DNA from: a virus
Length of the DNA: 64,000 nucleotides
Virus record (IMG/VR): IMGVR_UViG_3300045988_128739
Coordinates: 1-64,000 of that record
Direction: 5' to 3' (one strand)
Under the pieces are notes generated by a model. That model had not been told where the DNA came from. It saw only the letters and a program-made list of their open reading frames with translations, and searched no databases. Both the position numbers and the translations under genes were made by a program. Shown here one piece after another: positions 8,827 to 18,277 of the stretch (within the stretch, counting starts at the first letter, position 1; each line of letters opens with the position of its first letter).

Positions 8827-9078
8827 ATGACAGCCGAGAAGTTTAAATCTATTTGCGAAGAGAAAGGAATAACTTGGAATGATCTTGTCCGTATTAGAGT
8901 TATCAGACCAAAGAAATTTCTCGGATTCTTTAGGCAATTAACAGGTATTACAATCGAAGGTGCGTTCAATGGCTGTTCTGCTTGTGTTGAAATAATGGCC
9001 GATGATGACAACGGTGTTTCAATGATGCACTATATTGATTACGAAGATATTATAGGAGTTGAATTAATTAAAAATTAA
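8827..9078 (+). CDS. hypothetical protein (83 aa)
   Basis: ORF. Confidence 0.35.
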   Translation: MTAEKFKSICEEKGITWNDLVRIRVIRPKKFLGFFRQLTGITIEGAFNGCSACVEIMADDDNGVSMMHYIDYEDIIGVELIKN

Positions 9079-9264
9079 AAATAATTGAGTGAACAGTTTG
9101 CAAAAATCAGTACGAATGCGTTGTTAGGATTATCAACATCCGCCACATAAGAACCATCTAATCCCGTAAATATCGTGATGCGTTGGTAGTATGTGTACAG
9201 ATAGCAAGCAGGCGTTGGGATAAAGCATTTGGCAAACATTCACTCTAAATAAGAAATAGTAGAT

Positions 9265-9720
9265 ATGAATACAGAATTTGAAAACATGGCTTTGCTGAAT
9301 ATAGAAGACTACAATGAGCTTAAAGCTAAAGCCGAAGCAACAGATGAACAGATAAAGAAACAAGCCGAAGAAATGGCTAAGCCTGAAGTTGTCACATTGA
9401 AAGTACGTTTTTATACATACGGAGTATCATACAATCCATATACTTGTGTTGATGTTGAGATACCATTCTATGATGATAAAAAAATCAGAGATATGCTTAA
9501 CAAAGCAAGTGCTGATATAATGAAATGGTGTGACAAAAATATGGAAAAATACAACAAAGAACTCAAAGAATCCAGATCTACAAAAAAACATTGCGAAGGG
9601 CTAAGAAAGCATATCGCAAATCTCGAAAGGCGCCTCTTAAAGCATATATTGGCAAACGTTATTTTATCTATTATATCAGTTGCGACTATAATTGCCCTTT
9701 TCACATTAATTCAAAACTAA
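9265..9720 (+). CDS. tail-anchored membrane protein (151 aa)
   Basis: C-terminal hydrophobic helix ILANVILSIISVATIIALFTLI preceded by a charged coiled-coil region. Confidence 0.45.
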   Translation: MNTEFENMALLNIEDYNELKAKAEATDEQIKKQAEEMAKPEVVTLKVRFYTYGVSYNPYTCVDVEIPFYDDKKIRDMLNKASADIMKWCDKNMEKYNKELKESRSTKKHCEGLRKHIANLERRLLKHILANVILSIISVATIIALFTLIQN

Positions 9721-9726
9721 ATAGAC

Positions 9727-9987
9727 ATGGAACAAGAATATGCTATTCCTCTTTTTAAAGCTGGTGCAGAGTGGCGCATTAAAAGCGTGTGGCATTCTAT
9801 AACAGTAATTCCGGATTGCCACCGTTTTATTGTGTTTCTCCCTAAGAAATCAACAATAGGATCAAAGAATCCAATTATGGGTATATTGGAAGAGAACAAA
9901 ACTTTTATATCCAGCCGTCCAGGATGTATTTTATGCAGATTAGATGAAATGGAATCATGGGCTTATTTGGATGATCTATTACCTTAG
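9727..9987 (+). CDS. hypothetical protein (86 aa)
   Basis: ORF. Confidence 0.35.
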   Translation: MEQEYAIPLFKAGAEWRIKSVWHSITVIPDCHRFIVFLPKKSTIGSKNPIMGILEENKTFISSRPGCILCRLDEMESWAYLDDLLP

Positions 9988-10020
9988 GTAATTATATACT
10001 CAATTTTAAAAGTTAGAATT

Positions 10021-10269
10021 ATGAAAAAATATTTAACAGACAAAGAAAAAGAGGAAAGAATGAATTACCTTACCATTCATAAATGTAAAAACGAGGATGA
10101 ACGTAAAGAGTTAAAAGAATTATGTGATTGGTATTTTAAGGATACTCCTGTGTTAACTATGTCTTTTTCTTTAACAGAAGAAGATCTTCGGGTAACAATG
10201 GAAAGGGACGTGGAGTTGTCGGCGGTAGCCGGAGCGGTAAAGAATCAACACCATAAGAAGAAAATTTGA
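10021..10269 (+). CDS. hypothetical protein (82 aa)
   Basis: ORF. Confidence 0.35.
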   Translation: MKKYLTDKEKEERMNYLTIHKCKNEDERKELKELCDWYFKDTPVLTMSFSLTEEDLRVTMERDVELSAVAGAVKNQHHKKKI

Positions 10270-10275
10270 AAGGTT

Positions 10276-10491
10276 ATGACCGACAGAGAACTTCTTGAAG
10301 AAAACAATAAGATGTTAAAGGAAATTCTAAGTTTTGTGAGAAAAGTTGATTCTGCTGAATACAGGGATCATCAAGACTTTATGGAATTTCTTAGAAATGT
10401 AGCAGCCGATATATGGGTGGAATATACGGAGCCCGAACAAAGAGGTAGATTGTTTAATTTAATGAATAAAAGAAATGAAAACAGTTTTTGA
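10276..10491 (+). CDS. hypothetical protein (71 aa)
   Basis: ORF. Confidence 0.35.
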   Translation: MTDRELLEENNKMLKEILSFVRKVDSAEYRDHQDFMEFLRNVAADIWVEYTEPEQRGRLFNLMNKRNENSF

Positions 10492-11143
10492 TTTAAGCAG
10501 AGATGAGATTGTGGCATTGACAGACGAAGAGATAAGTCTGTATATAGACAAAGAGCTTGCTGGTAAGGGTATTCCAATTGAAGCTAAAAATTGGAATATA
10601 AAGAACGAAAAGGAAGTTGTGTACCCGGATTGCGGGGTTCCGATATTTGTTATTAAAGACATAGGTGTAGGATTTAGAAAGATAGAGGACGCTACAGAGG
10701 TGGTGAATTTACTGGTCAGGTCCAGGGCTTTTAAGGTGGGTTCAAAGTATTTAAACCGATCTTATGAGAGGTTAAACGTCATAAACGAGGGCGTCGTGCC
10801 GGCAGTAGAGGGTTGCGTAGGATACACCAATGAAGAATTTGAAAGAGTTAACAAAGAAAACAATGATCCTGAATCAGCAAAAATAGGATCATTTAATAAG
10901 ACAGTAGAGGAAGCCAACAACATAAGAAGCCGAGTGTTGAAATACGTGGACAAGATAAAACAGGAGCGTGCGTACAACATCGACCTTTGCATGACTTTCG
11001 AGAGATATATTGAGATAGCAGATAAAGATGCGGAGCGGGCTATGGCTTTCTTGAAAGAAGCCTACCCGTTTAATGAAGAAACAGAAGTCTTTATCAGGAA
11101 AAGATACAATATGTCTATCGATGTTAACCCAGAAGAAAATTAA
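10475..11143 (+). CDS. hypothetical protein (222 aa)
   Basis: ORF. Confidence 0.45.
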   Translation: MKTVFDLSRDEIVALTDEEISLYIDKELAGKGIPIEAKNWNIKNEKEVVYPDCGVPIFVIKDIGVGFRKIEDATEVVNLLVRSRAFKVGSKYLNRSYERLNVINEGVVPAVEGCVGYTNEEFERVNKENNDPESAKIGSFNKTVEEANNIRSRVLKYVDKIKQERAYNIDLCMTFERYIEIADKDAERAMAFLKEAYPFNEETEVFIRKRYNMSIDVNPEEN

Positions 11144-11186
11144 TTTATATTAAATCATTTTGTTTCTTATTAAGCAACAAAAGACA

Positions 11187-11194
11187 TATCTTTG
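11187..11194 (+). promoter_or_regulatory. Bacteroidota-type -7 promoter element TATCTTTG (TAnnTTTG) with TTTG about 24 nt upstream
   Basis: The 8-mer TATCTTTG lies 18 nt before the ATG at 11212. The identical 8-mer recurs at 16844. Confidence 0.3.
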
Positions 11195-11211
11195 TCCGAA
11201 AAATAAGAAAC

Positions 11212-11472
11212 ATGAAAGAGGAAGAAGAAAAGATTAAAGAGGCTATGACTGAAGCCCTGATACATTTAGAAGGTTGCAAATATTTTGTGGCCACGATAGT
11301 AAACGAAGAAGAATGTAGGTTTGATATGAGTCAGCGTATGTCTCCTCGTCAACTGGCTTTGGTTATAAAAGGTGTATTATCAAATAATAATATGATGATG
11401 ATGGATGTACTACAATGGTGCTCAGCCAGGCTTCAAACAGAAATAGAAAAAGGAAAGAAATCAACTAATTAA
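11212..11472 (+). CDS. hypothetical protein (86 aa)
   Basis: ORF. Confidence 0.4.
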   Translation: MKEEEEKIKEAMTEALIHLEGCKYFVATIVNEEECRFDMSQRMSPRQLALVIKGVLSNNNMMMMDVLQWCSARLQTEIEKGKKSTN

Positions 11473-11483
11473 ATATTAATACA

Positions 11484-11954
11484 ATGAATCGCTGGTTTGA
11501 AATTACGGTAAAAGCCGAGATTGATAATATCGAGAACGGCAAAAAAAAGAAAGTAACTGAAAAGTATTTAGTGGATGCCTTGTCTTACACAGAGGCAGAA
11601 TCAAGATCGTTGGAGATCTTCAAGGATTTGTACAATTCTTTCGAGGTTGTAAAAATTAATCCTATTAAAGTGTCGGAAATCTTCTTCAACGGAGAAGCTG
11701 AGTACTGGTATAAGTGTAAGGTGAATTACATTACACTGGATGAAAAGAAAGGTAAAGAAAAGAAAACTCCATGCTATATGTATATCCAGGCCGGAAATCC
11801 TAAGGATGCCGAAGCTGTGTTGACTAAAGGTATGCAGGGTACGTTAGGAGACTGGAATTGCGAGTCTATTGTGGAAACGAAAATCATTGAAGTGTTTAAA
11901 TACGATCTTCAGAAGGGAGCTGAAAAATTAGGCGAGAAGAAGAGTGAAGAGTAA
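11484..11954 (+). CDS. hypothetical protein (156 aa)
   Basis: ORF. Confidence 0.45.
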   Translation: MNRWFEITVKAEIDNIENGKKKKVTEKYLVDALSYTEAESRSLEIFKDLYNSFEVVKINPIKVSEIFFNGEAEYWYKCKVNYITLDEKKGKEKKTPCYMYIQAGNPKDAEAVLTKGMQGTLGDWNCESIVETKIIEVFKYDLQKGAEKLGEKKSEE

Positions 11955-12183
11955 GGCTGATGTAGTTTCCAACATAGCGCTTGTTGTGGCGATAATATCA
12001 TTGCTTTCAGCAGGCGCTTTCCTTCTGATAGTGATTAAGACAGACGAGGTATCTAAATTATTAATGAACGTACCTTATCTACTGGCTTCAGCGGGATTGT
12101 TCTTTTCAATAATATCATTATTATTCGAATGGAAAGCAAGGAAAAGAAGCTATACGTCTGCGAACGATGTGGACGAAAAGTGA
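11944..12183 (+). CDS. small membrane protein, 2 TM (79 aa)
   Basis: Two hydrophobic helices: IALVVAIISLLSAGAFLLIVI and LLASAGLFFSIISLLF. Confidence 0.4.
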   Translation: MKSKADVVSNIALVVAIISLLSAGAFLLIVIKTDEVSKLLMNVPYLLASAGLFFSIISLLFEWKARKRSYTSANDVDEK

Positions 12184-12653
12184 TGATAAGAAGTCATGGC
12201 TTATGCCAGGCTTGCAGGAGCAAAGAGTTGACTCCGAAGAAAAAAAACAGAATTACATCCATTAAAAACAGCAGCAAGAAGAAAAAGTTAGAGAACCCGG
12301 ATTTATCCGGGTTTTTTCGTCTTATGTTGGAGGAGTTGAGTACTATTCGAATGTCTATGACTGGTAAAGCTATTCATTTTCCTACAGTATGTAACGTCTG
12401 TCACATACTTCCGAAAAGGTTATATAAGTCGGTTGCCACTTGCAGGGATAATATAGTTTTCCTTCATGAATCAGAGCATACGGTATTCGACATGTATCTT
12501 GACCGGATGGAATTTGATAAACTTGAAACAGAATTTCCTTTTGTGTGGAAGTATGCGGTAAAGAAGGTGCTGGATATGGAAAGCAGGGGAATGATTAAAG
12601 AAAGAGGTAGATTAATTATTGAAATAATTGACAGATATGAGAAAACTTTATAA
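12129..12653 (+). CDS. HNH-like endonuclease with N-terminal zinc ribbon (174 aa)
   Basis: CERCG...CQAC ribbon. VCHILPKRLY...CRDNIVFLHESEH fits the H...N...H spacing of HNH motifs. Confidence 0.4.
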   Translation: MESKEKKLYVCERCGRKVMIRSHGLCQACRSKELTPKKKNRITSIKNSSKKKKLENPDLSGFFRLMLEELSTIRMSMTGKAIHFPTVCNVCHILPKRLYKSVATCRDNIVFLHESEHTVFDMYLDRMEFDKLETEFPFVWKYAVKKVLDMESRGMIKERGRLIIEIIDRYEKTL

Positions 12654-12813
12654 AATAAGAATAGAAGCTGACGATGAAACTATCTTTTATGCTCACATAC
12701 AGAGAGAAAGTTATGGTAAGGATATAGCTATCGCAGTGAAAGATAGAGATAAAGATGAAGTGGAAACAGTGTTACATTGTATTAAAGAAGAATTGATTAG
12801 AGGAAGATCATGA
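12628..12813 (+). CDS. hypothetical protein (61 aa)
   Basis: Short ORF bridging its neighbours. Confidence 0.3.
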   Translation: MTDMRKLYKIRIEADDETIFYAHIQRESYGKDIAIAVKDRDKDEVETVLHCIKEELIRGRS

Positions 12814-14126
12814 AAGAGAAAATAAAAATATTGACAGATTTAGGATTTGTCCCTATGGTGGAAGGAGAAGGAAATACGTTGTTTAGAATGAACGATGTTG
12901 TGATGTCGGTGTCAGATCCTAACCAAACACCAGAGCAGTTGAAGAAGGAGGTTATGTCTTTAATAAAGAACAGAGACATAGCAGAAAGAGGCGGACAGGT
13001 TCCAGTAGTTGAAGAGCCGGCGCCTGAGACAGAGCAGGCCCAGAAGGAGGAACCGGAAGCTCCGGCGGAGGAAGCCGCTCCTAACCCTGGAGAAGAGGAT
13101 TCGAATCCGTTTACAGAAAATCAGGAAACGTTAGAACCGTTTTATATCTGTGATGAGTTAAAGAAGATTGAGACTCCCAAATTCGTAAGATTGACATTAG
13201 ACGACAATCGTTTTTATGTAAGGAAGATGGATGATGGGACAGCCAAGATATATGCTTCGGTAACAACCTTAATCAAAGACGGATATGTAGATGATAAGAC
13301 AGCACTTCAGGAATGGAAGCAAGAGATAAAGATGCTTGGTCGCAATCCAGAAGAGATAGCGCAGTATGAAGCCGATAAGGGAACGATCATGCACTACCTA
13401 TACGGATTGTACTTGACAGGTAGAGATATGGTCTTAAATCGAAATTTTATAGTTAAGACAGTGCAAGAAGGTAAGCTGAAGATATCGAAGAAAAATCTTG
13501 ACCGATTTTTTAACAGCATAGATGATCTTGACGATATGATTGTCAGGGTCATGAAGTTTGCCAAATTCTGTTCTGATTACAAGGTGAAACCGATGATGAT
13601 AGAAAGAATCCTTTCTTTAGAGGATTACCTTGTAGCAACACCTATTGATGCGATGGTTAAAATGACATTCAAATACAAAGAAGAAGGTTATTTTGGAGCC
13701 GTATATCAAAGGGTTACAGGGCAGTTCAAAAAAGGCGATCCGAAGAAGGAAGTAAGAGAAGTGGAGAAGGAAGAAGTGGTCATTCTTGACTTTAAATCGG
13801 GAGGTATATGGGAATCATACGCATTCCAATTAGAAGCTGAAAGAAGAATGGTTAAAGCATGGTACGGAATTGACGCGCGTATTATGAACTTTTCTCCAAA
13901 AAGCACGAGCAGTAAAGGATATACGCTGAAAGAATGGACAGAAGATAGTGTAGCACTTGAAAAGGCGGACTGTGTGTTCCAACAAGGGATGTTGAATCAC
14001 CTTAGAAAAGACAAGAGGTTCAAAGTGAGAAAAGGAGTGCTGAATATCAATAAGCCTTACAATGAAGAGGATCATATTGTTGTATATGATATTGCTGAGG
14101 AAATGTCTAAAAGATTCGTAATATGA
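12810..14126 (+). CDS. PD-(D/E)XK (RecB/Cas4/lambda-exo-like) nuclease with N-terminal Pro/Glu-rich linker (438 aa)
   Basis: VVILDFKSGG matches the hhhDYK(T/S)G motif III of RecB-family nucleases. An acidic residue lies upstream and QLEAERRM downstream. Confidence 0.5.
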   Translation: MKEKIKILTDLGFVPMVEGEGNTLFRMNDVVMSVSDPNQTPEQLKKEVMSLIKNRDIAERGGQVPVVEEPAPETEQAQKEEPEAPAEEAAPNPGEEDSNPFTENQETLEPFYICDELKKIETPKFVRLTLDDNRFYVRKMDDGTAKIYASVTTLIKDGYVDDKTALQEWKQEIKMLGRNPEEIAQYEADKGTIMHYLYGLYLTGRDMVLNRNFIVKTVQEGKLKISKKNLDRFFNSIDDLDDMIVRVMKFAKFCSDYKVKPMMIERILSLEDYLVATPIDAMVKMTFKYKEEGYFGAVYQRVTGQFKKGDPKKEVREVEKEEVVILDFKSGGIWESYAFQLEAERRMVKAWYGIDARIMNFSPKSTSSKGYTLKEWTEDSVALEKADCVFQQGMLNHLRKDKRFKVRKGVLNINKPYNEEDHIVVYDIAEEMSKRFVI

Positions 14127-14353
14127 GTGATATTGTTATTCCTAAAGGAGATTATGTGGAAATCGTAAAACCGATATGTATCAATCCTTTTGGTGATTAT
14201 TTTTATTAACATCAAAAGGGGTTCAAGATTAAGATTATCGAAAGATTTGAAAATAGGGGATAAGTATGCAATATGCATACTTACATCTTACGAGAAATAT
14301 GGCAAGACTGTTAATGTGATAATGCCTATACTGGTTAGAAACACAAGAAGAGT

Positions 14354-14704
14354 ATGAAAAGAAAAATTAGAAGAACCGGGGAGATAATAGACATAATCAC
14401 CTTCAGCGGCTCAACTACAAGAAGCGACTGTGACAAAATACAATTCTATGACAGCAAAGGAAGTGTGATAAATGAGAGTTTAAATTATTATCTCGATACC
14501 CTTCCTGTGGATGATGAAAACAAAGACGTGGATTGGGAACAACGTAGATTCGATCTTGTTAAGGCTTATTCTATTGAGTTTATCAAAACACTGCATAGAA
14601 AAGGAGAGATAGATTGCGGAGTATATGTACCAGATGTGGCGTCATGGTCTATAACTATAGCAGATAGAATCATAGAAGCAATGAGAGGAGTTCAAAATGC
14701 TTGA
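14354..14704 (+). CDS. hypothetical protein (116 aa)
   Basis: ORF. Confidence 0.4.
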   Translation: MKRKIRRTGEIIDIITFSGSTTRSDCDKIQFYDSKGSVINESLNYYLDTLPVDDENKDVDWEQRRFDLVKAYSIEFIKTLHRKGEIDCGVYVPDVASWSITIADRIIEAMRGVQNA

Positions 14705-15710
14705 TTTCAGAAGATACGAAAACGTACCTCGGTTTCAACTTGACCGCAGGCCCGGAAGGAGCCGACTGAAGCTAACCTGCCCGGCTTGCGGAAAAAGCCG
14801 GTGCCTCACTCCTTATATTGATGTGGCAACAGGTCAGGTTGTTGGCAACGAGTTCGGAAGATGCGATCATGAACGGACTTGCGGTTACGATAAACGACCT
14901 ACTGGTAAGGATGTAGGTGACAAAGATCTTTGGATTTCAGGAAACAAGTGTATAAGAGCTTATCGCCCTCCTGTAAATCCTGACGTTGTAAATTACATAC
15001 CTTTTAGCGAGTTTGAGAGGACTGTGGTTCCAGACGATAGAAACACTGTATTTAGATTTTTATCGTCTCTATGGGGAAAAGAAAGGGTGTCTGATGTATT
15101 CAGGAGGTATCATGTAGGAACAATGGACTTATGGGGATGGAAAGGATGTTGTATATTCTGGCAGATAGACAAAGATTTTGTATGTAGAACCGGCAAGATC
15201 ATGGACTTTTATATAAAAACCGACGGCCAGGGGAATGAGATTGATGTAAAAAGAGTGAAGGAAAAAGACGGTGACAATGAGCGGCCTCATGTTATGTTTT
15301 ATCACTCGTTGCATGCAAGAGACTTCTTGTTTAGACAATGCCTGTTCGGAGAGCATCTTCTAAGCCAGTATCCGGATAAGGTGGTTAATTTGGTGGAATC
15401 AGAAAAGACGGCTATTATATGCGCTGTGAATAAACCGGATGAGTTATTTGTAGCTACCGGTGGGTTGCAGAATCTAAGACCGGAAGTGATAGATGTTTTA
15501 AAAGATAGAAAGACCGTAGCTTTTCCGGACAAAGGACAAGCATTTGAGACATGGAGTAAAAAGATAGATGGGATGATGATGAAGTCAAGGATAAAAGTAT
15601 CGGACTATCTTCAAAATGTTGAAAATGTAGGAGACGGAGATGATGTGGCAGATTTGATAATCAATAACAAGGTAAAAGAAAAATATCATGAGCCTGGATG
15701 TTTATATTAA
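14697..15710 (+). CDS. putative DNA primase-like protein (zinc ribbon + TOPRIM-like region), 337 aa
   Basis: N-terminal CPACG...C...CDHERTCG zinc-binding region. VESEKTAII...VAFPDKG resembles the TOPRIM E / D(x)D layout but has only one Asp. The gene lies directly upstream of the DnaB-like helicase. Confidence 0.4.
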   Translation: MLDFRRYENVPRFQLDRRPGRSRLKLTCPACGKSRCLTPYIDVATGQVVGNEFGRCDHERTCGYDKRPTGKDVGDKDLWISGNKCIRAYRPPVNPDVVNYIPFSEFERTVVPDDRNTVFRFLSSLWGKERVSDVFRRYHVGTMDLWGWKGCCIFWQIDKDFVCRTGKIMDFYIKTDGQGNEIDVKRVKEKDGDNERPHVMFYHSLHARDFLFRQCLFGEHLLSQYPDKVVNLVESEKTAIICAVNKPDELFVATGGLQNLRPEVIDVLKDRKTVAFPDKGQAFETWSKKIDGMMMKSRIKVSDYLQNVENVGDGDDVADLIINNKVKEKYHEPGCLY

Positions 15711-16038
15711 GAACAAGAAGAAAGAAGATCGTGAATGGGTTGCGAACATCACCCACAACATGAACAAGATGGCACAAAGAATATTCGTATCAGAAAATAA
15801 AGAAACGCTGTACGATTATGTTTGGAGACCAGAAGAATTGGGTAGGGAAATAGATACCGATGAGATGAAGAATGTACTCACAAAAGGCATATGTATTATG
15901 ATCTCTAAGAGAAAAAGTCTTTTGAGATACGAGCCGGAAAACGGATGGGGGTCTTATGATTCATTTCTTAAGTTTCTTATCGAATATAAAGAGGCGTGTG
16001 AAGATCATCCGGGTTATATAATTGAAGCAAGTAGATAA
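15688..16038 (+). CDS. hypothetical protein (116 aa)
   Basis: ORF. Confidence 0.4.
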   Translation: MSLDVYIKNKKKEDREWVANITHNMNKMAQRIFVSENKETLYDYVWRPEELGREIDTDEMKNVLTKGICIMISKRKSLLRYEPENGWGSYDSFLKFLIEYKEACEDHPGYIIEASR

Positions 16039-16297
16039 TATGAAAAATTACAAAAACACTTTAAACGAGGTAGTGGTGATTGAATCGTCGCCAGAAACGT
16101 ATTTTGTTTACGCTATTCGTAATGCTATTCGTATCTCTAAATGTGCGTATCCGACAGCCAAGAAAGTAATTTTCAAAAGAGAGGACGTAGAGGTAGAGAT
16201 CTCAGAAATGGAAACTGAAAGCAGTTTGTATGAAAAGTTTAAAGAAAAACAAAAGAATAGGGTATGGAACTTAATGAGCGCCAACAACGGGTTTTAA
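16022..16297 (+). CDS. hypothetical protein (91 aa)
   Basis: ORF. Confidence 0.35.
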   Translation: MKQVDNMKNYKNTLNEVVVIESSPETYFVYAIRNAIRISKCAYPTAKKVIFKREDVEVEISEMETESSLYEKFKEKQKNRVWNLMSANNGF

Positions 16298-16830
16298 GAG
16301 GCGAAATTTGTCCTTATTGCGGAAGGGAAACCGAGCTGGTCAATGCCGATAAAATATATAGCAGAAAAGGCTTAGGTATGGTTATGATGTGCAAACCATG
16401 CAATGCTTATGTCGGTGTTCATGAATCAGGGCCGAATAAGGGAAAAGCTAAAGGCCGGCTTGCGGGGCCATCACTGAGGTCTCTTAAGATAAGAGTCCAT
16501 GCCGAACTTGATAGACTATGGTCTACGCCAGAGGAACGGGAAAGGATGTATAAAGATTTATCTGAATTTCTATCTATACCGGAAGAGTACACACATATAG
16601 GTATGTTTGGCGAGAAGACGATGGGAAAAATCTTTCAGTTCTGTCATGTAAACAAAGAGCGATCAGGTTCGAGAATAGAATGGCATAAACCTGGAGATAA
16701 GTGCCCTAATAAGAACAATCAAATAGTGTCAGGAAGTAGCGCATGTAGAGGATGCCCTGAGTATCTTCATGATGAGAAAGACGGGTATGTCTGGTGTGAT
16801 CCTGATATGAGCTACGGCAGGTTGAAATAG
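16264..16830 (+). CDS. zinc-finger protein (188 aa)
   Basis: ICPYCG...CKPC plus a C-terminal CRGCPEY...C cluster. Confidence 0.45.
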   Translation: MELNERQQRVLRGEICPYCGRETELVNADKIYSRKGLGMVMMCKPCNAYVGVHESGPNKGKAKGRLAGPSLRSLKIRVHAELDRLWSTPEERERMYKDLSEFLSIPEEYTHIGMFGEKTMGKIFQFCHVNKERSGSRIEWHKPGDKCPNKNNQIVSGSSACRGCPEYLHDEKDGYVWCDPDMSYGRLK

Positions 16831-16843
16831 GGCGCGAATTACC

Positions 16844-16851
16844 TATCTTTG
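16844..16851 (+). promoter_or_regulatory. Bacteroidota-type -7 promoter element TATCTTTG
   Basis: Matches TAnnTTTG and lies 31 nt upstream of the ATG at 16883, in a 52-bp intergenic gap. Confidence 0.3.
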
Positions 16852-16882
16852 TGCTATTATTAATCAAAAAAAATATAAGCAC

Positions 16883-17161
16883 ATGGGCAGATCAACAGAG
16901 TACTACAGGACTCATCCCGAAGCCAGGAAGAAAAAGGCTAAAAAGGACAAGGAGATAAATACCAGACCAGAACAGAAAGCCAAACGCCGAGAGCTTGGTC
17001 GTAAAAACTACGAAACGGACAAGAAGAAGGGTAAGGGCTGGAGAAAAGGCAAGGATTGTTCTCATACCAAGAACGGTCTTAGGTATAAATCAGTAAAAGC
17101 TAATAGGGGATCCAAATCGGATACAAAAGGTGACAAAAATGCACGAGGAGATAGCAAATAG
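16883..17161 (+). CDS. highly basic Lys/Arg-rich small protein (92 aa), possible nucleic-acid-binding protein
   Basis: About 40% K+R (KKKAKKDKE, KKKGKGWRKGKD) and no hydrophobic core. Confidence 0.45.
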   Translation: MGRSTEYYRTHPEARKKKAKKDKEINTRPEQKAKRRELGRKNYETDKKKGKGWRKGKDCSHTKNGLRYKSVKANRGSKSDTKGDKNARGDSK

Positions 17162-18263
17162 GATAGATATAAGAAGAATATTCAAGACCTCTAAACAGGT
17201 TATGGAAGAGGCGTATGAGAATATCTTAAAATACAGGCGGGGAGAGCTTATCCCCGCTAAAACCGGATACGATTATATTGACGAGGCTTTGCTTGGAGGT
17301 ATTTTTCCTCAGCATGCTATTGCTATAGGGGCCCGGCCATCTGTAGGTAAATCGTATGTGGCCCAAAAGATATTGGGAAATGTTATGAATCCGATGATCA
17401 ACCCGCAAGCAGAAGATTATTTTCTTGTTAATTGCGAGTTCGAAATGAATCCTCAAGATCTTCTTCTTCGCAAAATGAGCCAGGATATGAAAAAGCGAGC
17501 TCCTGAAATATTAAGAAGGCAAGATTCTAATACAGTAGAAGAGATGAGGATGTTTGAAATCCTTCAAGGTGAAATCAGAAATAATATAATATACATCGAT
17601 GCTCCGTGTACGGTAAAAGAGTTTGAGGCGGCTGTGTATCATATAGCTACCAAACATAAAGACAAACGTCTTATAATATTTAAAGTCGATCATATTGCTT
17701 TGATAAAAAGAATGGGATTAGATCCTAAGTCGGCTATAGATGATTTGGTGGCGGTTATGAACGAAGCTAAATTAGTATATAAAAACATATTTTTCCTCAT
17801 CATATCCCAATTCAACAGAGAAATAGAAGGAAGGATAAAAAGCCCACAAGAGCAGCCTCCGCGTCTTTCTGATTTTTACCAATCCGATACGCTGGGTCAG
17901 TTATGTACGTTAATGATAGGTTTGCACAATCCTCGTAGGTACGGGCTGGATAAGTATATGATATTTGGGAAAGACTGGTATCAGACCCTTGATAGGTTTA
18001 AAACTGAAAACAAAACATCATTCAGGACAGCCGGACTGGTATTTCATCATATACTGAAGGTAAGGCAAGTTAGTATGGAAGAGCTTACTAATACAATCCA
18101 CCCAGAGATACTGCCGGGACATGAATGGATGTACGGGGAGGGCGGGACGAAGTTCGTGAACCCCAACCAGCCGCCGACGCCTCCCAAGCTCTATACCGTG
18201 GAAGACGTTACGGACAATCAGGAACAAGAACAAGAGACAAAAGAAGAACAGTCATTGTATTAA
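17130..18263 (+). CDS. DnaB-family replicative DNA helicase (RecA-fold C-terminal domain), 377 aa
   Basis: Walker A IGARPSVGKSYVA, Walker B IIFKVDHIALI, and H4 motif ISQFNREIEGR. The C-terminal tail is a GC-rich island. Confidence 0.8.
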   Translation: MTKMHEEIANRIDIRRIFKTSKQVMEEAYENILKYRRGELIPAKTGYDYIDEALLGGIFPQHAIAIGARPSVGKSYVAQKILGNVMNPMINPQAEDYFLVNCEFEMNPQDLLLRKMSQDMKKRAPEILRRQDSNTVEEMRMFEILQGEIRNNIIYIDAPCTVKEFEAAVYHIATKHKDKRLIIFKVDHIALIKRMGLDPKSAIDDLVAVMNEAKLVYKNIFFLIISQFNREIEGRIKSPQEQPPRLSDFYQSDTLGQLCTLMIGLHNPRRYGLDKYMIFGKDWYQTLDRFKTENKTSFRTAGLVFHHILKVRQVSMEELTNTIHPEILPGHEWMYGEGGTKFVNPNQPPTPPKLYTVEDVTDNQEQEQETKEEQSLY

Positions 18264-18277
18264 AAAAAATAAGAACC

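Noticed and set aside
18125-18277. The track ORF start at 18125 for the 251-aa protein.
   Set aside because: It lies inside the DnaB-like gene in another frame, so the ATG at 18278 after the helicase stop is more plausible.
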